Positions 63,409 to 64,000 of a stretch of 64,000 nucleotides of DNA are shown here, piece by piece. The position numbers were made by a program, and so were the translations under genes. The notes below the pieces were generated by a model, which had not been told where the DNA came from, did no database searches, and worked only from the letters and a program-made list of their open reading frames with translations. Position 1 is the stretch's first letter. The number at the start of each line of letters is the position of its first letter. The DNA comes from a virus (taxonomy: Duplodnaviria > Caudoviricetes): IMG/VR virus record IMGVR_UViG_3300033066_001910, positions 809-64,808 of that record; one strand, written 5' to 3'.

Positions 63409-63674
63409 CGCCACACCCGAAACAGCGGATGCGGCCGCTCCCGGTGCCGCCGCGCCACCGCTTCCTCGAGCATCGCCTGCGCCCGCCGTTCATACACCTG
63501 TTGCGGCCAGTCGCCCAAGTCCTCGCTCCAATGATCCGGCTCCGGGTCGGCCAACTGGTAATCGCGATACGACAACGCGAGATACCGTTGCCATTCGCCT
63601 GGCTCATCGGCACGCAGCCACGCCTCATAGGTGTCCTGAGACAAAAACACTTCTGGTCGTGACGATCGGCTCAC
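63405..63674 (-). CDS. W-rich protein, family C (89 aa)
   Basis: GTGA coupling; TYEAWL..DHWSEDLGDWP. Confidence 0.6.
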   Translation of the reverse strand: MSRSSRPEVFLSQDTYEAWLRADEPGEWQRYLALSYRDYQLADPEPDHWSEDLGDWPQQVYERRAQAMLEEAVARRHRERPHPLFRVWR

Positions 63675-63856
63675 GAGGCACTCACTTTCACCAACGCCTC
63701 CAGCACCCGCGCCTCCTCCCACCGGCCTTCGCGCACGCATTCCCGTAAGTACTCTTCCTCGGGTGGCCGCAACGGCCGGCTGAACGTATACCGCAGCAGC
63801 TCGCCATTCGCCTTCGCCACCGTATACACGAACAACTGCGATGTCCATTCACCCAT
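63671..63856 (-). CDS. hypothetical protein (61 aa), probably leaderless
   Basis: ATG is 6 nt downstream of the -10 box; no SD. Confidence 0.6.
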   Translation of the reverse strand: MGEWTSQLFVYTVAKANGELLRYTFSRPLRPPEEEYLRECVREGRWEEARVLEALVKVSAS

Positions 63857-63862
63857 GCTGCC

Positions 63863-63890
63863 AGTCTACCAGCGAACCGCCGCGACGCAA
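63863..63890 (-). promoter_or_regulatory. sigma70-type promoter for the right-end cluster
   Basis: TTGCGT-N16-TAGACT with an extended -10 TG. Confidence 0.55.
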
Positions 63891-64000
63891 GTCGGGTGGA
63901 CTACGTAGGCCGCCGCGGGACCGACGCCGACCGTCCTAACACGACCAATCGTCAGATCTACGTAGTTCGCAGTAGGTATACCACCCCCCCCCCCCCCCCC

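Noticed and set aside
63984-64000. Terminal run of 17 C
   Set aside because: A homopolymer at the sequence end is a typical two-colour sequencing (poly-G) or assembly artefact; there is no evidence it is biological.
1-64000. CRISPR array or cas operon (prompted by the Cas4-like nuclease)
   Set aside because: No regularly spaced repeat-spacer array and no other cas genes were seen; the nuclease sits in a standard recombination module.
1-64000. Alternative genetic code (stop reassignment)
   Set aside because: Core genes (polymerase, terminase, portal, capsid) are full length in code 11 and all three stop codons end genes.

Overview
This window looks like a near-complete, GC-rich, tailed dsDNA phage genome, probably podovirus-like: there are ejection proteins and a tailspike but no tape-measure or sheath gene. 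It has two convergent arms. The + strand (142-22686) carries small early genes, a MoxR-type AAA+ ATPase / HExxH-VWA pair flanked by two triplicated small-protein families, an origin-like repeat region, a recombination module, a tRNA-like element, a UDG-fused family A polymerase and a DUF3987-like ATPase. The - strand (63856-22683) carries a small-gene cluster, a probable terminase small subunit, an M15-like endolysin, an intein-containing large terminase, portal, an accessory small-gene island, scaffold, major capsid and decoration proteins, lysis genes, tail proteins and ejection proteins. The most unusual feature is a ~7.2 kb run of seven consecutive genes with signal peptides (FN3, beta-helix, lectin/lyase-like, lipoprotein) inside the virion operon (37809-45018). 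No integrase, CRISPR array, rRNA or canonical tRNA was seen. Lipoproteins suggest a diderm host, and two protein families resemble ones I recall from Nitrospirota (inference only). All family assignments come from reading motifs by eye; no searches were run.
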